Source: Octopus sinensis (taxonomy: Eukaryota). From it: a stretch of 64,000 nucleotides of DNA. Below the pieces are notes generated by a model, which worked only from the letters and a program-made list of their open reading frames with translations, was not told the origin of the DNA and searched no databases. Shown piece by piece: positions 38,472 through 53,300 of the stretch. The stretch is from positions 23,312,001 through 23,376,000 of the forward strand of contig NC_043001.1 of NCBI RefSeq assembly GCF_006345805.1, in the 5' to 3' direction. The stretch's first letter is position 1. Each line of letters starts with the position of its first letter. The position numbers and the translations under genes are program-made.

Positions 38472-39897
38472 TGCATTTTCGCTGGTGGTTCAATCCTGGA
38501 TTCAGTTCCTGTAAACCATGTGAATGTCATTCCACCATAACAATTATTTATAATTATAAAAAAAATTTTAAACTTAAAACTAATTTTAAACCATATCGAA
38601 ATTTTACATAAAATTTATGAAGAAAATATTTAAATAAGTTAATGCACATGTCTAACGAACGATCACTTGAACAATTTGTTGAGAACATGAAGTGCAATTG
38701 GAAGTGTTATATTAGCTATTATATGATGTTATCAGCTGTAGATAATTACTAACGGGAAGTGCAAGTTCGTTGAATTTTCCGCTACTTGAATTTATCAGTT
38801 TATGCAATATCTTCATCAGTTGCTTTTGAAAATTACTGTATCATGTCGTTTAATTCTATAGTTGTTACAGCAACACAGCGATTTGATTCAAGGTATTTAA
38901 GAATTCTATTTAATTCATCTATAAATTTTATTGATTGGTCAAGAATAAATAAAATAGAAAACTAGTGGGTTTTAGTACCTCAAACATTTTTTTCAAGTTG
39001 TCAAAAAAGTAGCAAGCAGCTCAAATTTATAAACATTGTAGCGTGCAGTCTTGAAAGGTAATATGATACTGTCACAATAGGATGTTGACCAAATGGATAT
39101 GAATCGAAATCAGTTCTTCATATATTTATTGTTATTTTAGAGAGATGTACCAGACGCAACGGTCCGGTACAGCCAAAACAGAAGAATAGAAAAACAATGT
39201 TTATTTCACAATAACATGTAGGTGTATTTTTTTCCGGATACAAAGGGATGTTTTTTTTTTTTTTTTTTGTATGTGGTAATGAATGTTGATATATTGGATT
39301 GGTTAGCTAATGTTAGCGTGCTTATTTTGCTGGCAGACAGGTTGTCAAAACAAAATCGATCGAAATTATTCACATGACAAAAGAATTTCGTTTGTCGTTA
39401 TATTTCATTGCCCACTCTCAAATTATCAGATTCCATTGTTTTTATTCGTCTATATCTATAGCATCCTGTCTCTTGGACTGGTTGACATCACCTGGCTGCT
39501 TACTGAACGACTCCAATTCGAGATTTGTCTACTATATATCAACAATTCTTGGTTGCCAATGACAATTTTGGTTGGACAGGCTTCCGCCGATCTCATCACA
39601 TCTATGAGTTGTTTTGACCAGATTCCAAGAATTCCATGATGCCATCTCTCAGTTTGAAAATCCTGCTTTGTTGTTTACTTAATTCTAGGTGATAAAAAGA
39701 ATCTAGTTTAAAATTGGGACAGGGACCTGCTACAATCTGCTACTTGTAGCACAATCTGGCAACCCTGTATGTGCATAGAGTTCTTTCTCGTACCTTTTTG
39801 GTTGCAGTCAGTAAAAAAGCGAAAGAATACAATATTGAAACTGTCAATAATCGGATTACTGTTGTCATAGAAAGTGAAAGAATGCTTCTACGCATGA

Positions 39898-40345
39898 AGG
39901 CGGAGAGCTGGCAGAAACGTTAGCACGCCATGCAAAATGCTTAGCGGCATTTTGGCTGCCGCTACGTTCTGAGTTCAAATTCCGCCGAAGTCGACTTTGC
40001 CTTTCATCCTTTCGGGGTCGATAAATTAAGTACCAGTTACGCACTGGGGTCGATTTAAGCGACTTAATCTCTTTGTGTGTCCTTGTTTGTCCCCTCTATG
40101 TTTAGGCCCCTTGTGGGCAATAAAGAAATAAGAATCGTTAGCCGGGCAACATGCTCAGCGGTATTTCATCTGCCGCTACGTTCTGAGTTCAAATTCCGCA
40201 GAGGTCGACTTTGCCTTACATCCTTTCGGGGTCGATAAATTAAGTACCAGTTACGCACTGGGATCGATATAATCGACTTAATCTCTTTGTCTGTCCTTGT
40301 TTGTCCCCTCTATGTTAAGCCCTTTGTGGGCAACAAAGAAATAAA
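39898..40345 (+). mobile_element. Family B SINE dimer
   Basis: Two head-to-tail units joined at GAAATAAGAATCGTTAG. Confidence 0.8.
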
Positions 40346-42421
40346 AATGCTACAACGCAGCCTTTCATTATTGAATGCACAATACTTTCATTTCATAGCA
40401 AGGTTAAAGGCGGTGAGCTGGCAGGCTCGTTAAAGTACCAGAAAAATTCTTTACGTCAATCATTCTGGCTCTCCAAGGGCAACATTGCGTTTCATCCCCA
40501 CACTGGGGTCAATAAAATAGAGAATCAGTCAAGTATTGAGGTTGATGATGTCGACTGATCCCCTTCCCTATAAATTGTTGTGCGTATGTGTGCGTGATTT
40601 AAAGTATAGGGAGGGCAAAATAGAAGAATTTGAAATAAAATAAAAAATCTTTTGCATAATCTCATTGAAACATATTAAAACACATGCAACTGAAAAGGAC
40701 ACGGGATAAGGTACGATCTAAAAAAATTGAAAAGGACACGGGATAAGGTACGATCTAAAATGGTGAAAGGGAATTGTTCTTTTTGTTTGTTTTTTTTTTC
40801 GCGGAATCGCAAATTGCATTGTTTAAAACATTGTCTGATGCGTCGCCTCTACTCCTCAACAGCATAAGGACATCAGTTATTGTTTATGGAAATCAGCAAA
40901 TAATTTGCTGATGCGTACTGATGTCTGCCAAACAAATAATAATTCGTCCCTTTACAGAGGCGAATCGCATGTTTATGATTTCTTGATCTTTACGCATTCT
41001 GTGGACAAAAAGTTCATCTCAAGCATCGGAAAGCACATCCATGAAAAATGGAAGCATCGCCAACAACGATAAATACCTTCTTGAAATTATTTTTGATGTA
41101 TGAAAACAACTATAGATTGACTTCTGAAGTTTCTAGCCCAGTCAGCCGAGGTTTTGATACTCCACACTCCAATGCTACAACAGCTGGGTTCCTGTTGTTA
41201 TTCCTAGAATACATCAAGTTTCTGAGTTACCTGAAATACCAAGTAAAGTTCCTGAATCACCTGAGGCGTCTGTTACAGCCGAATCTCTATTGTGTGATAC
41301 TGGTGTCTCTCCCAATACATATGAAGCATTGGCTGGTCCTAAAGTTCGTAGGTCAAGCTGTCTATTGTCAACCCGCCTTTCAGGTTTTAATGATTATGTG
41401 TCGGAAAACACTAATCAATGGTTGGAGTTATTGTACCAATCACATAGAAACAAAGGAAATAACTCCAGTGTTGGCCGCCCGGCTGTAGCTCTCCAGTAGT
41501 TGGAACAGTTAGATGGAACTGACAGTGGGAGCCAAATGCAAGCGAGACTAAGGAGAAACAAGCTGCGTTGAAGTTCCTGCATGCAGTCTTAGAATATAAA
41601 CCCACTGAAGAATACAACACGAGGGAATGCCAAAAAACGAAGAATCAACAAAAATATATCTTCTTATTCAAAGGGTTGTACTTAAGACTTCAAAGACTGC
41701 AGGTTCTCCAATCTTGATTGACATTGTATACAGCTAATTATATAAAATTATATGAGCGTGACACTGATGAATAAACGGGTACATAAAGCAGAACTGATCC
41801 TGTGATTTGTAGACATACATTTCAGTAACATAGGGGGTGGAGGAAAAAGAAATAAAATAAAATTAAAATGAAGGATTTCTTTTGTTAGTAAATTCTTGCA
41901 AATTACAAAAAGCATTGTTGCATAAGTGAAGAGAAGACGGTAAGCTAAAAAAAAAAACACCCCACTATGATGCAGAATAGAGAGGAAATATCCTGATAGT
42001 TGATATTTCAGATTTAAATAAACAAAAAGTAAAATTTTAAAATTCTAATGTTAACTGTAAATGCCAAAAACTGCTTTGACGTATGCAACAATGCAACACA
42101 TAACAGATTAAGTGTTTGTGTGACATTTTAATCAGCCAACTTTTCTGAAAGTCGAGAAGCTTCTTAGCATTGATTCATATAGCTTCGTAAACACACATAC
42201 ATATAGCTTCTTTTGATATTTTGATGTCGGAATACATACATACATAAATACATACATACATACATACATACATACATACATACAAACGCACGCACGCACA
42301 CATATATACATACATACATACATACAAACGCACGCACACATATATACATACATACATACATACATACATACATACATACATACATACATACATACATACA
42401 TACATACATACATACATACAA

Positions 42422-42462
<41 letters not shown>

Positions 42463-42478
42463 CATATGCACACACATA

Positions 42479-43753
42479 CACGAAAGCTGTACCGAAAGTA
42501 ATGCAAACGTGGGCAAAACTCTTTTATTAACTTACGTAAGTCATTCAAATTGCGTATGTTGGCAAATTTATTCTTCCTCTGTAATTAAACCTTCCTGTCC
42601 TTCACTGCAGGCAAATGATAGTTCTATAGAGAAGCAACGCACCGTCATGAAGTCCTTGGATGTATGAACGAACGGTGCAGGATGTTCGACATTCACTGAC
42701 ATCATTGATAAGAGCAATGTGCACTGATGGATGAAGATGCTTGAAACGGGGGGAAACCAGCCTTGTATTAGTCACACAGCAGGAAACCATCATCTGCAAC
42801 CATTGACACGTGTCACCAGCGAGTGGACGAATTGATTAACGAAGACAGACGCGTTACAACCCGTGAGCTTGCTGCACAACCGAACCACGGTCAAAAGGCA
42901 TTACTAATGGTTGAAGACGTCAGGGTATTGACAAGTGTGTACAAAGTGAGTACCTAAGCAGTTAACCCCCTGATTTGAGGGAGTGAAGAGTGAAAGCCTG
43001 CTCCGATCTGCTGGAAGCATTTGAATCCAATGAAGACTTGTATTTTCCTGATGTAATGACCGGGGATAAAACGTTGGTGTATCTTTATAATTCAGAAACG
43101 TAAGATCATTCGACAGGATGGCGTCAAACTTCTTCGCCAAGGCTTAAGAAATTCTGGAACCAATGATTGGTACAGACAAAGTGAGAGTTTGGAAACTGAC
43201 AATGGTGTCATACACCTTGGTTTTCGGGAATGTGGCTGTACCACGAACAGCGAGCGATACATTGAGACACTCACCAAAATCTTAGAGGAGTTATTAGGAG
43301 GAAGAGACCGAACAAGATTCTGAAAACGATTCACATTCACCACAAGAATGTGTGACCACTCACATTTTTGGCAATAAATTAGGCAGTCAGCAAATCGGAT
43401 TGATCAATGATACACCATCTACCGTACAGCCGGCATCTGATGCCCTCCGATTTCCTACTGTTCGATCCAATGAAGGACAGTATTAGGGGCCAATGATTTC
43501 ATAACAAAGACAAAGTAATAATGGCTGTGAAGAAGTGAATACAACAGTGCACACCTGAATTTTTTCCAAGAGGATTCGAAAGCTGAGTTCAATGATGATG
43601 ATGCAAATGAATAGTTTGCGAAGGAAACTATGTTGAGCAGTAAGTTTCTTTTGAGAAAGAGTTACTCAACCAATATATGCAATTTGAACGACTAATGTCA
43701 GTTACTAAAAAAGTTACATCCACTTTTGTATTACTTTCAGTAGAATTCTCATA
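42479..43753 (+). mobile_element. Old, heavily decayed mariner element
   Basis: Degenerate TIRs (CACGAAAGCTGTACCGAAAGTAATGCA vs reverse complement TATGAGAATTCTACTGAAAGTAATACA), TA flanks, remnants *VPKQL and HLPYSRHLMPSDFLLF. ~1.27 kb. Confidence 0.7.
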
Positions 43754-43861
43754 TATTCCCTTTTTGAATATCGTTAGGGCTAACCATTTGTTTTACTGGT
43801 CTTTGAATTATTGTTGCTTAGTTTCAAATCAGGACTGATTGAGCAAACCTATGATTAAAGG

Positions 43862-44514
43862 CAGAGGTGGCTCGTAGATAAAATTAGTTGGGGTGCTGCT
43901 TCAGAAAAATTTTAGCCGTTGTTTTAATATTGTGTAAAAGGAAACAAATATATAAAAAGAATATTTATACATGAACTTGATCGGTTCGCGTTTTAGCCAC
44001 TGCCGGGTTGTGTGTTTAATTTGTTCACTGAACACCGCCGCGAATTCCCCACTGCTTTTCAAGAATCCCCCTAAATCACAAGATAAGGGGCAGGGGAAAT
44101 CTGCCCTATTTTTCAAATCCTGGCAGCAACACCGAAGCTGGAAGCAGGATAATAATCAAATTTTAAACTATATCACACTCAAGAATATAAACACGTTTTT
44201 AAGCATAACACACGCGGAGTCAAAAAGAAATACTACCTAATGTGAAGCTTCCTATCTCGGACATGTGAGCATGCGCACAACAGCCAAACACCGCGTCGCT
44301 GGAACTGTGCAGCACACAGTTCTATACAAGGATTTTTGTATTCTTTTCATAAACTAGGGGATGGCTACTGACATTAAGCTTAAGGATTATATAATGCACA
44401 AGTATAAAGAAAGAATTAAAGAAAAAAGGACTCATCATATTGAATGTTATTGATAATATCGAGTGGAAATAGGGGTTCTGCAATTCCGCAGTGCCTATAC
44501 ACGAGCCGCCACTG
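43862..44514. mobile_element. hAT-like MITE, copy 1
   Basis: TIR CAG(A/T)GG(T/C)GGCTCGT. Reverse complement of the copy at 48536-49232. Confidence 0.8.
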
Positions 44515-46383
44515 ATCAAAAAATATTCAAGCCTTTATATTCGTATATATTTATATATACTTTTAGTAGGTTGGTAGACTGGCCACAGATATTTTCATTG
44601 GTTCCTATTACAACTTGCATGCTATTATTGCAGAATAAATGTATATATTAACTACAAAACCCGTCTTCAAGATACGTACATTTGATTTTCGCACTCTCAA
44701 ACTTTCAGAAGCTTGGAGAGTTTGAACAAAACTACTAATTCTTTCGACTTACACAAAATAAAACAAGAAGAGGCAACAATTGAACGTACAAATATGCGTG
44801 TTTCATTCAAAAGGATTTTGGTATTGTAGTTATTTTTAGGAAGGTTACCTCTGCAGTTTAATGACAAAAGAACTTCTTTCATATTGTTTTCTACGTTTCT
44901 GCGTTACTCACATGTATGTCTTGTTTTCTGTACCATCAGTGTCATGCTTAAAGCAGTTTTAAGTGATTAGCTGTATACAATGTAAGTCTATGGCTGGAGA
45001 TTGACTTTGGAATAATTAAGTGTGTAGACAAAAGTTACGTGGGATGATGATATATTGGTACGATGTTACGCTGTGTGCTGTCCCATAATAAAACCGACTC
45101 CAACGTTGTTTAAATGACATTTATTTTTACAGATGTATATCATAATTATTGCATAATTACGTAGTTGATTGCCAGTAACGTATCGTGTCAGAAGTAGAGA
45201 GTAGTTCGTAGTTACATTTATAACAGTAATAAATAGCTTCGCGTGAGAGACGGGGAAAATGTTCTATTCTTTGTAGTCGACGATTCCTGTAACCTACGAC
45301 TGAGCAGCAACCAAGGAACTTTGTCTTCTTAAGAACTTGTTGTTTGTGTCCGTGTGCATTGTGTACCTCGGCCATCTTTGTGCATCTTTCTCGCTGTGCT
45401 TGCCTTCGTTGTTGCTTGTATAACACCTTTTTATGCGGGAACTCTGGAACATGATAGAACATTCTATAATATGGGGTGATATTTCTGCAAGCTGATTGGT
45501 CACGTCACCCGATTTAAGTGTGGTCTGATCCGAGTTACTAAAACTGAAAAGTTTCGATTCTACCCCTCGCCACAAGTGTTGCCTCCTTTGAAAAGTATGG
45601 ATTTTCCATTAGAATATAGTTTCGTTGGTTCATTCTTCTTTGACTTCAAGGAGATTCTATTCGTCCCTTTAAATCATTCTTGGCCGCTGTAAAGGCGACA
45701 AGTTGACAGAATTGTTGGCATGCCCGACAAATTGCTTAGTGGCATATCTTCCAGTTTTACACTCCGAGTTCAAATGCTTCCGAGATCGACTTTCCCTTTC
45801 ATCCATTCACAGTCATTAAAATAAACATTGGTGGAGTACTGTGGGTCGATGTAATTGACTTACTCCTATCAAATTGCTGGCATTGTGCCAAAACTTGAAA
45901 CCATTATTAGTGGTAGTATCTTCTCATGCTTGAGATGAACTTTTGTTCACAGAACTTGCACTGAAGCTATGGAAATGGGTCTGTACACAAGAAGTAATTT
46001 ATCAGACCCTTTTCTTCCAGCGACATTTAATTCAATTAACTATACAAACTGGCTTGTAGAGTCGTTGCATCAACTGCTTCATTATCAATTATAAAATTTC
46101 AGCAATTTACATGAGATGTCACTAAAATGGAATATTCCAACACCACAAAATACGGCCCCCAACGAGCTGAAAAGGGCAATTTACTGAGTCACCAAATTCA
46201 GTAATTGGAACTATTTACTGTTGAGATTATTTACATTATTTACATTACCTTTTTAAATCAATAATTTTTTCAGCAAGTCCTGTTTTCTGTTTATTTCATT
46301 CATTTGATCAGAATACAATTCATTTCCAAAAGTTTTGAGAAGAATGTCAATAAGTCTTTTCTTGCGATCATCATCACCATCAC

Positions 46384-46414
<31 letters not shown>

Positions 46415-48535
46415 GTTTTAACGTTCGCTTTTCATGCTTGCACGGGTCGAGTGGAATTTTATTGAGACTGACTTTCAAGGGCGGGATGTCATTCCTTTCG
46501 CCAACCCTCTCCTGTTTCAAAGAAGGTAATGTTCCCTCATGACAAAATAAGTTTTTCACAAGAGATTGCGAACAAAGAACACAGCTTGCGAGACAGTGAT
46601 ACTCGTTTACAACTATCGCGTGAAGTCAAGGCAAAGACAACAGACACACACACGTGTATGTATGAATATATATTTATGTGTGTGCATACATATACATGTG
46701 TATACACACACATGACTGGTTTCTTTTAGTTTTCGTCTGCCAAATCCACTCACAAGGCTTTGGTTGGCTCCGGGACTATAGTAGAAAACCCTTTCCCAAG
46801 ATACCACACAGTGGAACTGAACTCGAAACCATGTGATTAGGAAGCAAACTTCTTACCACACAGCCACGCCTAAGTTTGTGTTATCCCCCCTTCCCCCGCA
46901 AGAAAAAAAATCAATTCAAAGGACTTACAGAGATGGTATTCTGAAAAGAGATTAAAAAGCCTAAAAACGTCTGACCCTGGGCATTTACATGTTCCATACT
47001 AGTGATATATTTCACATACCACAGCTTTAAGACGGCGAGCTGGCAGAAACGTTAGCGCACCGGGCAAACTGCTTAGCGGTATTTCGTCTGCTGCTACGTT
47101 CTGAGTTCAAATTCCGCAGAAGTCGACTTTGCCTTTCATCCTTTCGGGGTCGATAAATTAAGTACCAGTTACGCACTAGGGTCGATGTAATCGACTTAAT
47201 CCCTTTGTCTGTTCTTGTTTGTCCCCTCTATGTTTAGCCCCTTATGGGCAATAAAGAAATATATATTTCACATACCACAGTTTCACTGTAGAAACTCTTT
47301 ATGACTACTATATAATCCCTTTTTTATCTTTAGCACAATAACATGTCTCAGTATTTTGTGGTGTTGGAATATTCCATTCTAGTGACATTTCATGACATTC
47401 TTATAGCTATGATTTTCCGACATAATTAATATATCGGTGAGATATGGATCCTGCCAGAATGACTCATTATAACATACAGAATGAAGACAAAACCTTCACT
47501 GGGGACTCATCATTTGATGGCCTAACAACATGATGTAACTGTAATAATCTGGTTGATATTTATGTATGGATTATAAATACCACAGAACTGTCATAATCTT
47601 CTTTTATATTGTAGATAAAAAAATATTGTGTCATTTTCAATATTCATATGCATCATCTTATTTTTTATTATTTTCTTCTGCAATTAAATTTAAACTGGCA
47701 CTCCGTCGGTTACGCTGATGAGGAGGCCAGTTGATCGGATCAACGGAACATTCTGCTTGTGAAATTAATGTACAAGAGGCACTCCAAAAACATGCGTACC
47801 TTTCTCCCCGCTGGCGATATAAACAAGAGTGCATTTTGCACCAAAAAGCCAATATGCAACTGCATAAAAAGAACATCTGCGTTTTGGTATTAATACTGAC
47901 TCCATCATTAATATATATTTCTTAACATAGGTGCAGGAGTGGATGTGTGGTGAGTAGCTTGCTTACCAATCACATGGTTCCGGGTTCAGTCCCACTGCGT
48001 GGCGCCTTGGGCAGGTGTCTTCTACTATAGCCTCGGGCCGACCAAAGCCTTGTGAGTGGATTTGGTAGACGGAAGCTGAAAGAATCCTGTTGTATATATG
48101 TGTGTATGTGTGTGTGTCTGTATTTGTCTCCCCAACATCGCTTGACAACCGTGTGTTTACGTCCCTGTAACTTAGTGGTTCGGCAAAAGAGACCGATAGA
48201 ATAAGTACTAGGCTTACAAAGAATAAGTCCTGGGGTCGATTTGCTCGACTAAAGGCGGTGCTCCAGCATGGCCACTGTCAAATGACTGAAACAAGTAAAG
48301 AATATAGTTATCAGGGAGATTCAGCGTAACACAGAATGTGACAAGGACGGCCCTTTGAAATACAGGTACAACGCATTCTTGACAGTTGAGTGGAATGGAG
48401 CAACATGAAATAAAGTGTCTTACTCAAGAACATAACACGCAAGCGGGAATCGAACTCACATCCTTACACTCATGAACCAAATAATCCAAACCACTAAGCC
48501 ACTCTGTCATTTCGTTTACAAAAACGTTAATAGAA

Positions 48536-49232
48536 CAGTGGCGGCTCGTATATAGGCACTGCCAAACTGCACAGTACCCCTTATTTCCACTCGATATTAT
48601 CGATAACATTCAATATAATGAGTACTTTTTTCTTTAATTCTTTCTTTATACTTGTGCATTATATAATCCTTAAGCTTAATGTCAGTAGCCATCCCCTAGT
48701 TTATGAAAAAAAATATACAAAAATCCTCGTATAGAACTGTGCTGCACAGTTCTAGCGACGCAGTGTTTGGCTGTTGTGCGCATGCTCACATGACCGAGAT
48801 AGGAAGCTTCATGCTAGGGAGGGACAGCATTGTTGTTCAAGCAGTGCCGGTGAAAGGTAGTGTTTCTTTTTGACTCCGCGTGTATTGTGCTTTAAAACGT
48901 GTTTATATTCTTGAATGTGTTAAAGTGTAAAATTAGATTATTATCCTGCTTCCAGCTTCAGTGTTGCTGCCAGGATTTGAAAAATAGGGCAGATTTCCCC
49001 TGCCCCTTATTTTGTGATTTAGTGGGGATTTTTGAAAAACAAGGGAGAATTCGCGGCGGTGTTCAGTGAACAAATTAAACACACAACCCAACAGTGGCTA
49101 AAACGCGAACCGATCAAGTTCATGTATAAATATTCTTTTCATATGTTTGTTTCCTTTTACACAATATTAAAACAACGGTTAAATATTTTCTGACGCAGCA
49201 TCCCAGCTAATTTTATCTACGAGCCGCCACTG
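48536..49232. mobile_element. hAT-like MITE, copy 2 (inverted relative to copy 1)
   Basis: TIR CAGTGGCGGCTCGTA / TACGAGCCGCCACTG, perfect 8-bp TSD TAATAGAA. Confidence 0.85.
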
Positions 49233-49729
49233 TAATAGAATCTACTTGATTCGGGTGGGGTCTTTCTTCTATTAAAAAGAAACTAGTCAATTTCCATATT
49301 TTCTAAAATTTATATCTTGTGTCTTTTAGTTGTTTCACTCATCAGACTGCGGCCATGCTGGGGCACCGCCCTGAAAGCATTTTATTCGAATGAATCGACT
49401 CCAGTACTTATTTTCTAAAAGCCTGGTACTTATTCTATCAGTTCCTTTGCTGAACCGCTTAGTTATTCAGTTTCCGTCTACCAAAATCCACTCAGAAGGC
49501 TTTGGTCATCCCAAGGCTATAATAAAGACACTTGCCCAAGGTGCCACGCAGTGGAACTGAACCTGGAACCATGTGGTTGGGAAGCAGGCTTCTTACCACA
49601 CAGCCAAGCCCAACGTTCTCTCTCATCAGATTACAAGAGTGTATAGAAGCTACTGGGTTCTGTAATCTGTCAAGTATTTGAATCATTAAATTTACCTTTC
49701 AGTAAAATCAGCCGTATTGAGCTAATATC

Positions 49730-50310
49730 CTTTTCTACTCAGGGCACAAGGCCCGAAATTTTTAGGGAAGGGGCCAGTCGATTAGATTGACCCCAGTATG
49801 CAACTGGTACTTAATTTACCGACCCCGAAAAGATGAAAGGCAAAGTCGACCTCGGTGGAATTTGAACTCAGAATATAAAGACAGACGAAATACCTATTTC
49901 TTTACTACCCACAGGGGGCTACACATAGGGAGGACAAACAAGGACAGATAAACGGATTAATTCGATTATATCGACCCTAGTGTGTAACTGGTACTTATTT
50001 AATCGACCTCGAAAGGATGAAAGGCAAAGTCGACCTCGGCGGAATTTGAACTCAGAATGTAAAAGCAGAGGAAATACCTATTTCTTTACTACCCACAGGG
50101 GGCTACACATAGGGAGGACAAACAAGGACAGACAAAAGGATTAAGTCGATTATATCAACCCCAGTGCATAACTGGTACTTAATTTATCGACCCCGAAAGG
50201 ATGAAAGGCAGAGTCGACCTCGGCGGAATTTGAACTCACAACGTAACGGCATACGAAATACCGCTCAACATTTCGCTCGGCGTGCTAACATTTCTGCCAG
50301 CTTGCCACCT
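49730..50310 (-). mobile_element. Tandem trimer of family B SINE
   Basis: GTCGACCTCGG core recurs with a 184-bp period (near 49841, 50025, 50209). Confidence 0.8.
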
Positions 50311-53300
50311 TCATAATGAGCTAATATCAGTAACAAGCTTATTGATTGCTTCATCATTATCGTGAAGGCATGTGGCTTAGTGGTTAGGGGTATTCGGCAT
50401 GCGATCGTAAGGTCGTGAGTTCGAAAACCGGCAGCATGCTGTGTCCTTGAGCAAAACACTATTTCACATTTGCTCCAGTTTCCTCCACTGGTAAAAATGA
50501 GTAGTACCTGTACTTCAAAGGGCCAGCCTTGTCACTCTATGTCACAGTGAATCTCCGAGAGAATTACATTACGGGGGCGCATGTAAATTTCACGAGCAGG
50601 CTGTTCCATTGATCGGATCAACTGGAACCCACGTCATCGTAACCGGCAAAATGCCAGTAAGTTATCATTGATCATTATTGCTTCAGTCATTTGACTGTGG
50701 CCATGCTGGAGCACCGCCTTTTAGTTGAGCATATCGACCCCAGGACTTATTCTTTGTAAGCCTACTACTTATTCTATCACTCTCTTTAGCCAAACCGTTA
50801 AGTTATGGGGACGTAAACACACCAGTATCGGTTGTCAAGCGATGTTGGGGGGGGGGGCAAACACAGACACACAAACATACATATATACATATATATGATG
50901 GGCTTCTTTCAGTTTCCGTCTACCAAATCCACACACAAAGCTTTGGTCGGTCTGAGGCTATAGTAGAAGACACTTACCCAAGGTGCCACGCAGTGGGATT
51001 GAACCCGGAACCATGTGGTTGGTAAGCAAGCTACTTACCACACAGCCACTCCTACACCTGCTATATGTAGGTACCATCAACTTTGTACCAAAATTTGAGA
51101 GCAATAGACCAGTTCAAATCAAGACGTGACCTTCATACCTATCTGAAGGCCATTCTTCAACTAAGAAGCAAAATTTGGCTTACAATGAAAGCTCACCTCA
51201 AGCAATTCAGTCCTTGCCTCACATATAAAATGAAGTAAAAAAGAAAACAAAATTTTAAACTGTTAACATAAGGTGCAGGTACGGCTGCTCAGTTAAGGGT
51301 TCAATCTCATTGCATAACATCATGGGCAAGTGTATTTGTTTGGCAGAAGCTGTGAAAGATCATGTATATATATGTGTGTGTGTTTGTGCTTATCCTCCCA
51401 CCACCACTTGACAATCAATGTTGGTTTATTTACATCCTTGTAAGTTAGCGGTTTGGCAAAAGAACTGATAGAATAAGGACCAGGCTTAAAAAATAAGTAC
51501 CTGGGCTGATGTGGTCAACTGAATTCTTTAAGACTGCAGTCCAATGAATGAAACAAATAAAAGATATGTGGAATACATCTTCGAGAAATATTTTAAGTAG
51601 CAATATTTCTCATGACAGTAAGCTTCACAGAATTAAAAAAATAATGGAAGTGCTTTACTTGTTCACAATTCTTCTAAGGTTTGGATGAATAACTGGCACA
51701 ATATTTCTATAAAAGTTGATGACTCCTGGTTGTGCTGAAAATTTCAGTTTGCATTTAATTTGTTGGTAATTCTAAATGTCACATTAATGTAAAACATATA
51801 ATTTCTTTAGGGCTTAGTTGGAGAAGCAAAGGCAGCAGGCACGACATTTTGTAGTGACTTCAAGATTGGTGTGGGAAAAGAGAAGAAAACACAACTGATG
51901 GGGCACTGCATTATGAAATAGGGTTTTAAGATATGGAGCTTTCGTCAGAGTGGAGATCTGGTCCATATGCATCTAGCAGAATGGGCTAAAGTCATCCAAT
52001 AGCCTAATAGTGATGGATTAAGTCTTTGTTCTGTTATGGGCCCTAGGACTCATGACAGAGCTTTACCCAATTTCCAAGGCATATAAATGACTGATATTTC
52101 AACATCCACCCGCTGTATGGGATGCTGGTCTGTTGCAAGGTTAACTTCCAGCTATTGCTGGAACTCATTTACAACTGAGTGGACTGGAGCAATGTGAAAT
52201 GAAATGTTTTGCTCAAGAACACAATGCACTGCTCAGTCCAGGAATTGAAACCACTATCATAAGTGCAACACCCTAACTGCTTGGCCAAGTGCCTCCATGT
52301 GGCATTAAGCCTACCACCCAAGAATAAATAACATTCCATCTGAAGTTTCAATCTACAATATTTCACTCATAAAGTTTCAATTGATCTGAGGATATTACAG
52401 AAGAGATTTGCTCAAAGTTCCAGGTGTTTAAATTAAATCTGGTACCAAGTGATATTGAAGTGAACTTCTTAACTGAATGGCTTTTCCCAGCCCAACTTGC
52501 CCTAAACAATACATTCTATCCTTTATATATTTTAAAATAACCTCATAAATTCAGCCATTTAATCAAGAGATTATTACTATACTAGCTGACTATGTGCCAT
52601 CAATATTGACAGCTAATTGTAGTATTTTATATATAAATAAGGTACATAATCATCACACATACACTCACAGAATTGAAGCACTGATTTTTTTTCACCCCTC
52701 CTTCCTTATTCTTCTATCATTCCTTCCTTTCCATCACTCCCTCTCAGTCAGGGCTATTACTCTCACTACTTTTCCTTCACTGAATTACTATTTTCTCTCC
52801 TCCTCCGCATCCAGTGTGATTCTGGACAAATATATATATGTACAAATATATAAAAACACTACATTCATTACTATATTAGGAGATTTAACAAATCCTTGCA
52901 ATAGATTTGTTTTACCTTTTTACTGATTTTAGTCACTTAGTCCCCAATAGTTGACCAAACATCTGTTAACTGGTACCACAGACAGGTGATATTAACTACA
53001 AGAGATATCCTATCCACTTAGCTGTTGCCAATCCACTATTGGACAAAATTTTAACTTGCTGTCTTACTTTATCCTGGTTTTAGAGGCCTTCTTGATTTGG
53101 CTAACTTTGATTTGGACAGGGTGCTCTAGTGGTTGGGTAAACAGCACTTAGGTAGAATTTGCACTAATAATATAAAGAATGAAACAGATATAGCAAGCTG
53201 TCTCATTAGATACTCTAATAATCACAATCACTCACTGATCTGGACAGGTACTATATATATATATATATATATATCATCATCATCATCATTTAGCGTCCGC

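Noticed and set aside
40691-40760. 33-bp direct duplication TGAAAAGGACACGGGATAAGGTACGATCTAAAA
   Set aside because: Only two copies, within what looks like decayed transposon sequence. No functional signal.
45150-45580. Higher-complexity segment with CCAAT and TGACGTG motifs and ORFs of 93-101 aa
   Set aside because: No recognisable protein motif or splice structure. It may be a solo LTR, but I could not define ends or a TSD.
47700-47760. CTGATGAG at ~47715 as a hammerhead core
   Set aside because: No downstream stem II/GAAA/NUH arrangement. It lies in a SINE-like tail. The same applies to CTGATGA at 18412 (Helitron body) and 32221 (LINE).
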